A DNA stretch of 63,869 nt, filler included, from Octopus bimaculoides (taxonomy: Eukaryota), in the NCBI RefSeq assembly GCF_001194135.2. It is 8 parts of 8 records of this genome, joined end to end, with 100 filler letters (N's around TTAATTAATTAA, not from the genome) between each part and the next. Parts side by side here need not be neighbours in the genome. Positions count along the whole stretch, not along the records: positions 62,735 to 63,869 come from NC_068995.1; 7 more parts are not named here. The stretch is one strand, 5' to 3'. Of this stretch, positions 63,766-63,869 are shown piece after piece. The translations under genes were made by a program, and so were the position numbers. Under the pieces are notes generated by a model. That model saw nothing but the letters and a program-made list of their open reading frames with translations. It made no database searches and was not told the origin of the DNA. The first letter of the stretch is position 1, and every line of letters starts with the position of its first letter.

Positions 63766-63869
63766 CACACATATAAATATATATACATATATATATATCT
63801 CCGACGGGCTTCAATCAGTTTCCGTCTACCAAATCCACTCACAAGTATTTGGTCGGCCCGATGCTATAG
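63495..63869 (-). mobile_element. SINE family A (continues past the window end)
   Basis: TTTACTTGTTTCAGTCAT..TGTGGCCATGCTGGAGCACCGCC tail, internal (CA/TA)n, CAGTTTCCGTCTACCAAATCCACTCACAAG. Confidence 0.9.

Overview
AT-rich, repeat-saturated animal genomic DNA from a gapped draft assembly, with many N runs and seven artificial N44-TTAATTAATTAA-N44 spacers. The mix of tRNA-derived SINE families, microsatellite load and spacer style most resembles an Octopus (coleoid cephalopod) genome; this is an inference from recalled repeat families, not a database result. I can support no host protein-coding gene: almost every ORF in the track comes from microsatellites, gaps or retroelements. The recognisable content is three abundant SINE families, RTE-clade LINE fragments (one with a C4HC3 PHD finger in ORF2), an R4/Dong-like element, two decayed YRDD-type Penelope-like elements (PLEs), mariner and hAT remnants, MITE/foldback elements, Helitron/DINE-like elements and several satellites. 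The most interesting signals are: (1) at least four distinct sequence families of type-I hammerhead-ribozyme motifs, one fused to a tRNA-like head present in two copies; (2) a ~4.5 kb extremely CpG-rich higher-order satellite built from a TACG tetramer; (3) a ~150-nt rod-like RNA structure with many G-U pairs; (4) the PHD-bearing RTE ORF2.
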